This document shows, one piece after another, positions 17,356 through 27,286 of a DNA stretch of 55,243 nucleotides; the stretch's first letter is position 1, and each line of letters begins with the position of its first letter. The stretch spans positions 1 to 55,243 of IMG/VR virus record IMGVR_UViG_3300025669_000038, one strand, 5' to 3'. The notes under the pieces are model-generated. The model made no database searches. It saw only the letters and a program-made list of their open reading frames with translations, and was not told where the DNA came from. The translations under genes were made by a program, and so were the position numbers. The stretch is from a virus (taxonomy: Duplodnaviria; Caudoviricetes).

Positions 17356-18543
17356 TTACGTAATTGCGATGGACGTACCCTCAAACACGTTATTGAGCTG
17401 CATGTACGCCTGTCCTTCTGTCACGCTCTTTTCACCTGGAGTGATGAGAGCACATCCTCCAATCGTGAGCACCGAAGATGTCATTGTCCACACAATATCT
17501 GCTATGGTAGACATCAAGTGTCTCTCGATTTGATTCTGGTACTCACGTTCACCAACCACAGTCGCAGAAAGCTGAATCGTACGATTGCCTTCAACGACAC
17601 GCTGCGCTCTTGAGTTAGATCGCGGGAGAACAGTCACGCTGTTGTCAATCGACAGCTCAATCGAGTTGATGTCATACGCCAAATCACCACCGCCATAGGT
17701 GATGGTGTCGCCAAGGAACTTCTCGTACACATCGCCAGTACCAAGAGCGGCAACACGCGTCGCGCCGGTAGGCAAAATCGGCACTCCGAGATCCCCTTCA
17801 GCATTGGCGTAATCGTTCTTGCCGTAGATCGTGACGAGCGTTGCACCTTCAACCGTAACAGCCCACACCGTCCCGTCGCACTGTGCGCCTAGCAACGCAG
17901 CATCAATCGAGGCGAAAGTCGTTGTACTGGTCCCGCTGATTACGATGGCTTCCTGCACACCATCGTCGTCTTCTACCGTGAGCGTAGCATCATCGCCAGC
18001 TTCGCTTGAGGTGACAATCAACGTAGATCCAAGCACCGGCTGATGGATCTCGTACTGTCGGCCTTTCTCTGCCATGTACGTGATCTCCGCGAGCATCGGA
18101 CCCGCCGACGACGGATCTCCTGATAGCTTCCCTGACCCTGGCTTTGCGCCGTCAATGACAACGTAGGTACGAATACCACCCGCATCATTGCCGCCCTGGA
18201 AATGTTCCTCACGAGCAACGATCGTTCGTGCTTCGAGCAACTGATCCGTGTCGCGGGAACAAACCTCGTAGAATGGCGTGTCTGCAGCAATTGTGCCCTG
18301 GAGTCGATACAACACTGTGAAAGTATGCGTCTCCAACCCAGTGTCGTGCTCTAAGGGATCTACCCCGCCAATTCCTCGACGCGCTTCTGCCCCTGCGTCG
18401 GGATTCCAAGACCAACTTTGAATCACATCGCTGAACGGGGAGAACGTCCCGCTAGCAGGCAACGTCCCACCACATTCCTGGTACGAATCGAGTCGCTGAT
18501 TGCGAATACCAGCTTCAAACACCGTCTTTGTCAAACATGGCAT
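17356..18543 (-). CDS. Major tail tube protein
   Basis: Directly upstream of the chaperone; beta-rich; DINSIELSIDNSV...GNRTIQLSATV motif. Confidence 0.75.
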   Translation of the reverse strand: MPCLTKTVFEAGIRNQRLDSYQECGGTLPASGTFSPFSDVIQSWSWNPDAGAEARRGIGGVDPLEHDTGLETHTFTVLYRLQGTIAADTPFYEVCSRDTDQLLEARTIVAREEHFQGGNDAGGIRTYVVIDGAKPGSGKLSGDPSSAGPMLAEITYMAEKGRQYEIHQPVLGSTLIVTSSEAGDDATLTVEDDDGVQEAIVISGTSTTTFASIDAALLGAQCDGTVWAVTVEGATLVTIYGKNDYANAEGDLGVPILPTGATRVAALGTGDVYEKFLGDTITYGGGDLAYDINSIELSIDNSVTVLPRSNSRAQRVVEGNRTIQLSATVVGEREYQNQIERHLMSTIADIVWTMTSSVLTIGGCALITPGEKSVTEGQAYMQLNNVFEGTSIAIT

Positions 18544-18544
18544 A

Positions 18545-18748
18545 CTACTCACCACCCTCTACTACTTCTTTCTTGACTGGTTTCGCTTCGACCACTTCGA
18601 CGGAAGAATACTTCTTGACCATAGCTTGGCCGATCTTATCCGTCACAACCGCCTTGCCGCGTTTGTCGAACTCAACGGGAGCGTCCATGATCGCTGGATC
18701 AAACAGACGCTTCGTCCCGCTATTCGTGCATTTGATCTGCATGAACAT
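18545..18748 (-). CDS. Small protein upstream of tail tube
   Basis: SD GAGGAG; PVEFDKRGKAVV motif. Confidence 0.6.
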   Translation of the reverse strand: MFMQIKCTNSGTKRLFDPAIMDAPVEFDKRGKAVVTDKIGQAMVKKYSSVEVVEAKPVKKEVVEGGE

Positions 18749-18759
18749 CTCCTCTACTC

Positions 18760-19275
18760 CTACGGTTTCTCGGCAAAAGCCATCGCGCCAAACGGCGTGA
18801 CGTTGTAGCCTTCTGCCTCCAATATCGGCACCAACTTGTCGCCCTTTTCCCCTCCAGGTGAGTAAACGTCGTCGATCAAAAACGCGGTCATAGGACCGAC
18901 CACAAATCGCAGCCTCTCGTACAGCCCCACTATCTCGTCTGCATCGTTTTCTGTATCCAACAAGATGAGGTCAAATGGCAGCAAAGGCGGCAACTTCTCG
19001 ACACTCGGCAGGAACACTACCTTGCCCGCTCTCACAGCCTCTTCAATGGCTCTGAACGTCAAGCACTCGGCCAAGGTGCCTGGATCAATATCGATGGACA
19101 CAAGACCCATCACATCGTCGCTCTCGGCAAACCTGAGCGTTGACCATCCGTCGCCTTCAGCGTATTGAGGTTGCGCGTTCCTCAATCGACCAAGCTCCAG
19201 TACCTTAATTTCGGATCCTAACCGCACTGCTTGTCTTTCTATCGCAACGGCGATCGCTTCACTCTTCTTTATCAA
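18760..19275 (-). CDS. Class I SAM-dependent methyltransferase (Methyltransf_24-like)
   Basis: VLELG, SIDID, DLILLD, FLIDD strand motifs. Confidence 0.65.
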   Translation of the reverse strand: MIKKSEAIAVAIERQAVRLGSEIKVLELGRLRNAQPQYAEGDGWSTLRFAESDDVMGLVSIDIDPGTLAECLTFRAIEEAVRAGKVVFLPSVEKLPPLLPFDLILLDTENDADEIVGLYERLRFVVGPMTAFLIDDVYSPGGEKGDKLVPILEAEGYNVTPFGAMAFAEKP

Positions 19276-19420
19276 GGGCTATCTTCTCCTGTAGCTCAGC
19301 AATCTTTTCCAGCTCCTCGCGGAATCCCTTTGCTTCACATTTCGCCAACTTGAGTTGTTCGATCAATGTGCCCAGATCCTCCACGACAACCCTGACCTCA
19401 ATCGGGTTAGGTATCTCCAT
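19259..19420 (-). CDS. 53-aa coiled-coil protein
   Basis: Hand-read ORF MEIPNPIEVRVVVEDLG...DKEE* fills the gap and overlaps both neighbours. Confidence 0.5.
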   Translation of the reverse strand: MEIPNPIEVRVVVEDLGTLIEQLKLAKCEAKGFREELEKIAELQEKIALDKEE

Positions 19421-20195
19421 TAGACTCTTCCTCGACAATCTCTGTCCACGGCAACTTGCTCACTTGTCGCCATCGTGCGCTCTGCAACGGCTTCTGCTCG
19501 CATCTGAATGCTTCTTCAGCAGTCACCGTCTCAAACGGGGATTCGATGTCATCTCTTAGGAAGAATGCGTTCACGCCAACGGGGTTACACCCGATCAAGC
19601 GATAGCCTTTCTTCCGTCCGAGGATTTCGAGCGCGGCCAACGACGCCCCGAAGTAGAACCCTGAGAAGTTCGTCTGCCACTTGAACTCGGAATTGTACGG
19701 CATTACAACGGCGCGCTTCTTGCCTGGGGCCGGGTTGTATTCGATGACGACCAACCGCGCTGACAGCTCCAGTGCTTCCCAAATCCAGTAGTCATTTCCA
19801 TCAAGGTCGATGGACAACAGATCGACTTCTTCAGGGGCACTGACAAGATCCATCGTCGCGCTCAGGGTCTCTAGTGTGATGCGTGATTGCCAAGCCTTCA
19901 CAGCGCCTCGATCGATCTTCATTCCCTTTGTCACAGCGATGAACTGTCGCACCACGTTTCTGTCAGCGTCAATGAACGTACCGCCGAAGCCTTCTTCATC
20001 CATCAACCGCCATGCGTTGCACTCAGGAACTCCGAATCCCATCTCAAGAAACCGCTTCGACACAAAACCGATCTCCGAGAAAATATGGGCAATAATTCCG
20101 TCCTCACCATTCTGAGAGAACCTCTTTGCAGCGTTCTCCGATAGCCATTTTGTCTTGTCTACAACCGTAGTTTTGTCGTCCGTCTTATCAGACAT
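19407..20195 (-). CDS. FkbM-like methyltransferase
   Basis: FSQNGEDGIIAHIF, FLEMG, LLSIDLDGNDYWIW, VVIEYN, GASLAAL...KGY, NAFF motifs. Confidence 0.8.
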   Translation of the reverse strand: MSDKTDDKTTVVDKTKWLSENAAKRFSQNGEDGIIAHIFSEIGFVSKRFLEMGFGVPECNAWRLMDEEGFGGTFIDADRNVVRQFIAVTKGMKIDRGAVKAWQSRITLETLSATMDLVSAPEEVDLLSIDLDGNDYWIWEALELSARLVVIEYNPAPGKKRAVVMPYNSEFKWQTNFSGFYFGASLAALEILGRKKGYRLIGCNPVGVNAFFLRDDIESPFETVTAEEAFRCEQKPLQSARWRQVSKLPWTEIVEEESNGDT

Positions 20196-20206
20196 AGTTT
20201 CGCTCC

Positions 20207-22393
20207 TTATCCCCTCACCACGAATTTATCGACCGTAGATTCATCGAACTCAAATTGCAGTGTATCACGGAAGCCCATGTTCCGATACAGTTGCTCATTC
20301 CCGAACATCCCTACCTTGCCGATGTACCTGGCTCGCGGAATCACCGTCGCAACTCGCTTGATACCTTTGATGTCACACCACTTATCGAACACGCCATCGA
20401 ACCCTGAGATGTGGACTCCGTATTTCGCACATACGGCACGATGAGGGATGTTCCAATGGCTATCGCCTACAAATTCCAGGTACTCATCAAACTCAGGCTT
20501 GAGCTGATCGTACACGCTTCGAGGCATCAGGTATCCAAGCCATCGCCATCGACCGGGACGCGCTACAACGTCTCTCGATTGCTTCAACGTCACGCCTACT
20601 TCATTGAGCTTGGCATCTGTCGGAATATGGCGCTCTTCTGTAGCCTGTGCGCCTACAATCGCATTCGGGAACTGGTTATGCAGCTTCAACAGAACGTCAA
20701 TGTAATCGCGGCTCACCACATGGTCATCATCGAAGAACATCGCTGCTTCATAACCAACATCGTCGAACACTTCGGCCATTGCGCTGTGTAGCTGATGGGC
20801 AATGCACCAATTCAGTTCTTTCACGTCAACAACAGCGGCCTTGAATGGCGCCGCGTTGAGCAGTTTGGCACAATTGCCAGTCAGCTCTTGGTTCTTCAAC
20901 ACATGCTCTTCAATCCCGTATGGCAACTCCTGATTCTTCCACCCATCCTGTCTCAGGAACCAATCCACAAGGTCAGCCATCGTGTTCTCAGCCAGCGCGT
21001 GGAGCGTCGGGGCAAGATACTCTGCCCGATTGAACGAGAACACACAGCCCGCAATGTCGTTTAATCCCAGCATGGCTGTTCTCGGATCTCTTACTAGCAT
21101 ACCGGCCTTCTCAGGATCGACGTTCTCAACCGGCTCCACTGGAGACGACCAAGACACCTTCTTGGGCTTCAGGTTCTTCTCGATCTCATCGAACCGCTCG
21201 ATCCACTGATCTCCGATATTCTCCCACGAGAATTGCTGGACCCACTGACAAGCGACCTTGCCTTTCTCTTCAAGTCTAGTTCTGACCGTATGCGCCCTGC
21301 AAAGAGCTTCGGCAACATCTACAGCCTCAAAGGTAAATCGAGTGCTTTGCTTTCCAAGCGTCCACTCTTCACCGGACATAGGAACAAGCCAGCCGTGAGG
21401 CGCTTCGATAACATCAGGCTCACCAAGAACCGTCTTCCTCATCCGAATCCCTTCAGGCATCCCTAGCAGCTCTGGCATCGAACTATAAGCAGTCGCAATC
21501 ACCGGCTTGCCACAAGCGAACGCCTCTACAATCGGCATCCCGAATCCCTCGCCAGCATTCGTGTTTAGGATCACGTCACAGGCGTTATAGAACTTCGCCA
21601 TTTCAACGTGACTGACGCCGTGCCTGATGATGTCTGGATGAGGCATGAACACCTTGCCGGCCAATCCGAAATGCTTTGCCATCTCCTCGACGTTGAACGC
21701 GCTCGAGCCAGTTCGGTTGCAGTGGAGATACAGCCTCGCCTTGTCATCCCCAGTGCGTTCAAGGAACATAGCAAACGCCTTCAGGTTCACTTCATACTTC
21801 GCTCGTGTTCCCTGGTTGTTTTTGAAGATCCCAACCATGAAATCATCTTGAGCCATCGGTTGCTGAAATACTTCTTCCTTTGAGGTGGCTCTAGGCTTCA
21901 TTACCCGCACGTCAACACCGTGATAGATGGGTTTGCCAATCGGGTACACGTCACCGATGCCCTCTCTGATAACGCGCTCTCCAAACTGGCAGTACGGAAT
22001 GATGTGTACTGCGCCCTTCATGAGCTTCGTCCATAGCGGTGAAAGCGGATCATGGTCAACTGGAGGGTAAAGCGCGTACCTCAGGCCAGAATTCGCGACC
22101 GGCTGACCTCCCGACCAAGCGTCAAAATTCAATAGCCACAAGTCAGGCTTCTCAAGTGACTGCACAATGGGCCAATCTTGAATACCGAATTTGCCTCCCT
22201 GGTTTGTTGAACTGTAGACAGTTACACCATCCCAATCGAACGGTTCGCAGTGGCTCAGACCTGAAATGGCAAACTCTACCATCTGGTGGTCTGAGTGTTT
22301 CTGGACGTGTTGGACGATGTTTTTGCACAGCCGTCCATAGCCCGTAGCCTGCAAATGAGCGTTGCCTGACCATACTATTTTCATAGGAGTCAT
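20207..22393 (-). CDS. Two-domain glycosyltransferase (GT4/GT-B fused to GT2-like GT-A)
   Basis: TGYGR, IYHGVD, EGFGMPIVEAFACG (EX7E); C-terminal FSFNRAEYL and FFDDD (DxD). Confidence 0.85.
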   Translation of the reverse strand: MTPMKIVWSGNAHLQATGYGRLCKNIVQHVQKHSDHQMVEFAISGLSHCEPFDWDGVTVYSSTNQGGKFGIQDWPIVQSLEKPDLWLLNFDAWSGGQPVANSGLRYALYPPVDHDPLSPLWTKLMKGAVHIIPYCQFGERVIREGIGDVYPIGKPIYHGVDVRVMKPRATSKEEVFQQPMAQDDFMVGIFKNNQGTRAKYEVNLKAFAMFLERTGDDKARLYLHCNRTGSSAFNVEEMAKHFGLAGKVFMPHPDIIRHGVSHVEMAKFYNACDVILNTNAGEGFGMPIVEAFACGKPVIATAYSSMPELLGMPEGIRMRKTVLGEPDVIEAPHGWLVPMSGEEWTLGKQSTRFTFEAVDVAEALCRAHTVRTRLEEKGKVACQWVQQFSWENIGDQWIERFDEIEKNLKPKKVSWSSPVEPVENVDPEKAGMLVRDPRTAMLGLNDIAGCVFSFNRAEYLAPTLHALAENTMADLVDWFLRQDGWKNQELPYGIEEHVLKNQELTGNCAKLLNAAPFKAAVVDVKELNWCIAHQLHSAMAEVFDDVGYEAAMFFDDDHVVSRDYIDVLLKLHNQFPNAIVGAQATEERHIPTDAKLNEVGVTLKQSRDVVARPGRWRWLGYLMPRSVYDQLKPEFDEYLEFVGDSHWNIPHRAVCAKYGVHISGFDGVFDKWCDIKGIKRVATVIPRARYIGKVGMFGNEQLYRNMGFRDTLQFEFDESTVDKFVVRG

Positions 22394-22405
22394 TCTCCTT
22401 TCTAT

Positions 22406-22446
22406 TCAGCCAGCGTCACGTTGGCACTGGCTGACGTATTCTACCA
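22406..22446 (-). promoter_or_regulatory. Extended -10 promoter and 5' hairpin of the glycosyltransferase cassette
   Basis: TGG-TAGAAT then 10-bp stem UCAGCCAGUG/CGCUGGCUGA, then SD AAGGAG; no good -35. Confidence 0.45.
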
Positions 22447-22489
22447 CGAACACGCGGCTCAGACTATTCCACGCCACGCTCATTCACCC

Positions 22490-22689
22490 CTAGCTTGTGT
22501 ACACGAAATACCTGAAATGCACGAGCAGCGCCTTACTTCCTGCCGTAGCGCACATTACCCGCGCATAGATCGTCTCGCCTGCCCTGTGTTGAATACCGCG
22601 CACTCCGTTCCGCTGATAGCCGCAGGGAGAGTCGCTGTCGCTGCAAGCGTCCCAAGGTTCATAATCTCAACTAGCGAATACTCAGACAT
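22490..22689 (-). pseudogene. Deletion remnant: truncated paralogue of 10933..11328 joined out of frame to another gene's 3' end
   Basis: SD AGGAGG, ATG 22689, EIMNLGTLAATATLPAAISGTECAVF vs EIIMTIGTLPAGSTIPASPGGTECATI; stop at 22555; second frame AGETIYARVMCATAGSKALLVHFRYFVYTS*. Confidence 0.65.
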
Positions 22690-22719
22690 CGTTCCCTCCT
22701 GCCATACTTAGTCGTTCTT

Positions 22720-24000
22720 CTAGTCCACATTCGATATTCCGAGAATCGTCTTGTATGACGCGATCGGTTCGCCATTCCACGTTGCGAGTTCAGCGATCGG
22801 TGTTCCCAAGAGAGTCTTGATGCTTGTTACCGCCGCTGCACCTACGCCATAACAGCTCATAGCGGCTGTGGAACCTCCATCAGCGTACGTTTGCTCCCCA
22901 GCCCCAAATTGATTTCCGGATAGGCAATAAACTCCGCTTCCGCCGCTTGTCGCACGTTCTATTGCGCCGGTGGGAGTATAGTAGTTGCCCATGTAATCGC
23001 CTGAGGTAACATCAATATCGAGACCCGTGAATACTTGTTTCGAGCCTTTCGTTACGGCGCCAATAGTGTGCGAATCACGCGAGGTGTAATCAGTACTAGA
23101 ACCAAAGAATGTCCCAACAACAACGCCTGCCCCATCCGCCGTATCAAACCATAGTTCTACAGACGTTATTGCCCCGGTATCGTTCGCGGGATTTGTAAGA
23201 TCAATACGGGTATAGCCCGTGCCAAAGTTACTGTCGCGATCAATCGCCGTACCGCCTATATCAATATCCGTTGTCTTAAACGACTGCGCCGCGCCGTAGT
23301 ATGTCCCTAGCGAGTTAGTCGCATAAGCACGGTAGTAGTAGGTGGTCCCGCCTGTCAATCCAGTCTCTGCCGAAGTGAACGCGCCTTCTGAGCCTGCGCC
23401 TTCCTCAGTATAGTCATCCGCCCCTGCGATGTTTACAGGATCGCTTCCGGCTTTCCAGCAGATACCGTGCTGGGTAACGTTCCCGTCACCGTCGTCTGTG
23501 ATATTGCCATTCCCTGTTACGGTCGTTGCCCGGACGAGAGTCGCTGCTTGAGTGGTGACGACAGCAGCAGTGCCGCCTGTGCCGTATAGACTCATTATGT
23601 AACCAGCAAGCAATACGTATGTTTGTTCACCGGCAGCGAATTGATCGCCAACCTTATAGTAATATCCAGCTCCGCTACTACTTTCTCGATCCATGAGACC
23701 AGCAGACCAGTAAGCGCCGATGTATTCGCCAGAGGCCACATCGATAGTCAGTCCTGTAGCCGTCTGCTTGCTGCCGCTGGTTATGGCGCCGATGACTTCC
23801 GAATCATTGGGAGTGTAATCTGTCCCGCTGCCAGAGAACGTTCCGGCTTTTAAGTCAGAGAGATTGAGCAAACACCATACCTCAATACTTGTTATAGTCC
23901 CCGTACCATTTGCAGGGTTATCTAGCGTTGCGAATGTAACACCATAGCTTTGTACGCCCGACCGATTAACTGCGGCAGCACCAATATCAATTGCAGCCAT
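22720..24000 (-). CDS. Putative virion adhesin: repeat domain-FN3-repeat domain (paralogue of 8057..9316)
   Basis: Same architecture; FN3 YYYRAYATNSLGTYYG; extra C-terminal IKTLLGTPIA...YKTILG segment. Confidence 0.7.
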   Translation of the reverse strand: MAAIDIGAAAVNRSGVQSYGVTFATLDNPANGTGTITSIEVWCLLNLSDLKAGTFSGSGTDYTPNDSEVIGAITSGSKQTATGLTIDVASGEYIGAYWSAGLMDRESSSGAGYYYKVGDQFAAGEQTYVLLAGYIMSLYGTGGTAAVVTTQAATLVRATTVTGNGNITDDGDGNVTQHGICWKAGSDPVNIAGADDYTEEGAGSEGAFTSAETGLTGGTTYYYRAYATNSLGTYYGAAQSFKTTDIDIGGTAIDRDSNFGTGYTRIDLTNPANDTGAITSVELWFDTADGAGVVVGTFFGSSTDYTSRDSHTIGAVTKGSKQVFTGLDIDVTSGDYMGNYYTPTGAIERATSGGSGVYCLSGNQFGAGEQTYADGGSTAAMSCYGVGAAAVTSIKTLLGTPIAELATWNGEPIASYKTILGISNVD

Positions 24001-24003
24001 AAT

Positions 24004-24471
24004 CTATCTCGCCACCTCTAGCCCTTCATTGACATCCACGAGCCGCGCATTCAGTTCATCTCTTTCGGTTGACTTTTCTTGATAGGTCCCCGCCTCAACG
24101 GGCCGCCCAGAGCCTGTCTTACGCGCCATGATGCGTGAGGCTGCTTTGGAATCATCACCGCTCAATGCATCGTCTAAGCTGGATATTGTTACTCCGTCGA
24201 ACGTCTCAGCTATCAGGGCGTTCAATTCAGCCTTGGTGATGTCAGGATCAACAGTGATGAAGTGGCAAAGACACGGATTCAGCTCTTTTGCAGTGGGAAC
24301 AAGTTCCCTCAGCTTTTCGTCTGCGAGTTCCTTCTCTGTATACGGCCGCGTCGGCTTGTCCACATAATGGATCGCATACGTCTTGTCTCCGATGTCTGGA
24401 TACACATCGAGCCTCACCTTCAGCTTGCCTTTGTGCTCATGCGTTCCTGTTGTGTTTACTTTTACTTTCAT
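24004..24471 (-). CDS. Hypothetical protein in fibre cluster (possible chaperone)
   Basis: SD GGAGG; NPCLCHF motif. Confidence 0.6.
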   Translation of the reverse strand: MKVKVNTTGTHEHKGKLKVRLDVYPDIGDKTYAIHYVDKPTRPYTEKELADEKLRELVPTAKELNPCLCHFITVDPDITKAELNALIAETFDGVTISSLDDALSGDDSKAASRIMARKTGSGRPVEAGTYQEKSTERDELNARLVDVNEGLEVAR

Positions 24472-24480
24472 TGTTCCCTC

Positions 24481-25212
24481 CTATACCAGCGTTGCATATG
24501 TATGCCCGCCCTTGAAAGATATGCTGTCAGCTGTTGGGGCCGCGGCCACAATTCTAACAACGAAGTCAGTAGTTCCAGTAGGTGCCGTAGATGTCAGGAG
24601 TCCAGCCGTAGCTGCGCTCAAGAAGACAGGCTTATTGACAGTGAATGTTGGGAACTCGTCATCCGCCCGGATCATTCCGTCCATCAACAGAGTTCCGGTT
24701 GCATCAGTTACAGCTGCAATGACACACATGCCAACCTCTCCGAGAGCAGTAGCAACGCCAGTAGCATTCGTCTTTTCCCACTTGCCGGTGGATGCCATGT
24801 AGTAGCAGTACCCGTAGACAAGCCCTGTCGTTCCTGCTGTCACATCACGCGTGATCCCTGTCCACTTAGTATCGGCACTGAGAACAGGGTCCAGCTTGAT
24901 CGTCACATTCTCGGGCAAGGCCGCGGACAAGATCAGCGTTTGCATCTCAGCTACACTCAATGCCTTGACATCACCACTCGTGATCCTTCCTAAGATCGTT
25001 TGTTCACCGATAGTCAGTGCCGTGGGTGTATTGTTAGTGGTGGCCGCTAAGACACTCTGCGCGTCGTACAAGTGATGCATAAGGAATTCCCAGTTCACAG
25101 CACCGTCGCCGATGAAGACTTGATCTGTGTCGGTGCAATACGCCAACTCGGCCTGTGAAAGCGTGATCAAGTCCGTGAATAAGCCGCGCCTCACCTTCAC
25201 TGTATTAGCCAT
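24481..25212 (-). CDS. Fibre protein with Mtd_N-like N-terminus
   Basis: VKVRRG...LSQAELAYCTDTDQVFIGDG; N-terminal ~95 aa paralogous to 25780..27273. Confidence 0.65.
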   Translation of the reverse strand: MANTVKVRRGLFTDLITLSQAELAYCTDTDQVFIGDGAVNWEFLMHHLYDAQSVLAATTNNTPTALTIGEQTILGRITSGDVKALSVAEMQTLILSAALPENVTIKLDPVLSADTKWTGITRDVTAGTTGLVYGYCYYMASTGKWEKTNATGVATALGEVGMCVIAAVTDATGTLLMDGMIRADDEFPTFTVNKPVFLSAATAGLLTSTAPTGTTDFVVRIVAAAPTADSISFKGGHTYATLV

Positions 25213-25214
25213 GT

Positions 25215-25724
25215 TTATACCTTCTTTGTCCGTTTCTTCAGTAGTTGATCATATCGGGCTTTTAGCTTCTCGATTTCGAGTTCCTTGTCGTGAATCGCAA
25301 CAGCAAATTCACAATGTGCGACTTCTAGATCATTTCTTGCGGCCTTTGCGTCGTCGACCAACACCTGCTTCAGGGCTTCCATAGCGTCTATATCCGCGAT
25401 CGCCTTGTCCCGGTCCGCGATATCACGCCTTAGTCCATCGATGGTATCAGCCAATTTGACATTCTTGTCTCCCAGCAACCCATTCGACTTCTTGAGTGCA
25501 TCCCGTTCCTGAATCTGGGCTACTTGCTCTTGTATAAGCGTAGCCATTGCATTTATGCGCCCGACCGCCACATTCAACATCTTGTCCTTGTTCAGAGAAG
25601 CTACCACCCATTCACCGATCTCGTGCTTGAGGTCATCGTCTGTGACCAATGACGGTCTTGCTTGTTGAACCGGTGCTGCTGGCTGAACCGGTGTCGCTTC
25701 TTGCGTTACCTTTGCCTCTTCCAT
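25215..25724 (-). CDS. Coiled-coil protein
   Basis: Heptad pattern; SD GGGAGG. Confidence 0.6.
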   Translation of the reverse strand: MEEAKVTQEATPVQPAAPVQQARPSLVTDDDLKHEIGEWVVASLNKDKMLNVAVGRINAMATLIQEQVAQIQERDALKKSNGLLGDKNVKLADTIDGLRRDIADRDKAIADIDAMEALKQVLVDDAKAARNDLEVAHCEFAVAIHDKELEIEKLKARYDQLLKKRTKKV

Positions 25725-25743
25725 TCTATTGCCCTCCCAGGAT

Positions 25744-25772
25744 GCCGTGAGGGGGCGTTAACCCCCTCAGGC
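25744..25772 (-). other. Intergenic hairpin
   Basis: GCCUGAGGGGG-UUAACG-CCCCCUCA(C)GGC. Confidence 0.55.
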
Positions 25773-25779
25773 GTTATTC

Positions 25780-27273
25780 CTACACAAATGATCCTCCATC
25801 CACAATATTCGCCGCTGCCGTCAGAAGTAGATACCCCGACTTGTCCGGCGCTGTAATCGTGCGCGTCCCCGAAGTGGATGCGCCTGTCAATTGGTAATTG
25901 TTCGTCGCTGGGGTTCCTGAACTACCAGCGAACCACAGATCTTTGAACGGCAAAGTGGCTGATCCGAAGTCATCGGCCGCGGCTACATCAGGAAGCAATG
26001 CAGTGTTAAGCGCGACGCTTGCAAGATTGTCCAATGCAGGAGTTGCAGCAGTACCGGACGTGAAGTTGTCGGTGACCCACTTCTTGGTTGCCGCGTCTTG
26101 GTCCGACACAGGATCGAGGACGCCAGTGATCAGCTGCGCATTCATTGCAAATGAAGCCGTAGCTCCACCGGACAGCAAAGCCATTGTCTCAGCTTTGGAT
26201 AGGCCGTTGATACCAGTCGCAGTCCACACTGCAACCTCTGTGTCTAGTGGCGTGCCATCGACTTCAACAAGGTTGTTGTCAGCAATGCCGATTGTCTGCT
26301 CTGCAAGGACATTCGTACCAGGAACGACACCAAGCGTAGCCTGAACAGTCGCTTGATCTGCGTCGTCAAGAATGGTCTGCGCAAATGTCGTACAGTCAGC
26401 CGTAGTGACAGTGCCAGCGCCATTACCAACGATCATCTTCTGATCTGCGAAGGTGAGGCCGGCGAGTGCTAGCAATTCCGTATCGCTGATCGCAATGTCG
26501 TTGCCAGTCTTCGTCAGGCCGGTTCCGGCAGTGACGTATCCTGTGCTTGAGAACTGCGCGAAGGCGATCGCAGTCGTGTCAACAACGATGTCTTCCGGTT
26601 CGTTACTACACACCCAACCAGTAGAACCAAGCGTTGTGCCGTCATCGATGAACACAAAGCCGCCTGCGAATTCAGTAGCCGCGTCCATATCGGCAGCGCG
26701 CGCCCATGCGCCTGCGGCCGAAACGTAGACACCATTCTCTTCAGTAGCTGTCTGGCTCTTAACAAGAACACGGTCCGTCGATGTCAAGATACCGTCAAGC
26801 GTCTGTTCGCCCGACAACGTAATGTTCGCAGTCGTAGCACACGCCACAGAAGCATGGACTGTCAGTCCTTGTGCAACAGCATCAACGTACGCCTTGGTGG
26901 CGGCATCCTGCGCGCCGGTAGGGTCAGTGACGCCCGTGATCTTGTGGGAGTTCATCGCGAAGTCGGCACCGGCTTGACCAGTCAGGATCGCTATAATCTC
27001 TGCACCTGTCAGTGCGCCAATATCGCCAGACGCCTTACGGCCGACAATACGACTTGCCGCAATCGTCGTCGCCACAGGAGTATTGTCCGAAGTAGCGATC
27101 AACATCGTGTTCGCGCCGAACAGTTGGTGCATCAAGATTTCGTAGTTCGCAGCCCCGCTACCAACGTGCATCTGGAATGTGTCTGTACTGAACCCCATTT
27201 CACCCGCTGCAAGGTTGCCCTTAGACACGAGTTCGGCGGCGGTTCCCCTCATAATCTGGATCTGGTTAGCCAT
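25780..27273 (-). CDS. Fibre/whisker protein
   Basis: Mtd_N-like start; DPTGAQDAATKAYVD stalk motif twice; NITLSGEQTLDG...DRVLVKSQT...ENGVY domain; C-terminal DGGSF. Confidence 0.75.
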   Translation of the reverse strand: MANQIQIMRGTAAELVSKGNLAAGEMGFSTDTFQMHVGSGAANYEILMHQLFGANTMLIATSDNTPVATTIAASRIVGRKASGDIGALTGAEIIAILTGQAGADFAMNSHKITGVTDPTGAQDAATKAYVDAVAQGLTVHASVACATTANITLSGEQTLDGILTSTDRVLVKSQTATEENGVYVSAAGAWARAADMDAATEFAGGFVFIDDGTTLGSTGWVCSNEPEDIVVDTTAIAFAQFSSTGYVTAGTGLTKTGNDIAISDTELLALAGLTFADQKMIVGNGAGTVTTADCTTFAQTILDDADQATVQATLGVVPGTNVLAEQTIGIADNNLVEVDGTPLDTEVAVWTATGINGLSKAETMALLSGGATASFAMNAQLITGVLDPVSDQDAATKKWVTDNFTSGTAATPALDNLASVALNTALLPDVAAADDFGSATLPFKDLWFAGSSGTPATNNYQLTGASTSGTRTITAPDKSGYLLLTAAANIVDGGSFV

Positions 27274-27286
27274 GTTTCTTCACCTC

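Noticed and set aside
8057-24000. Diversity-generating retroelement (Mtd_N-like fibres, repeated domains)
   Set aside because: No reverse transcriptase; repeats differ at all base types, with no adenine-specific TR/VR pair
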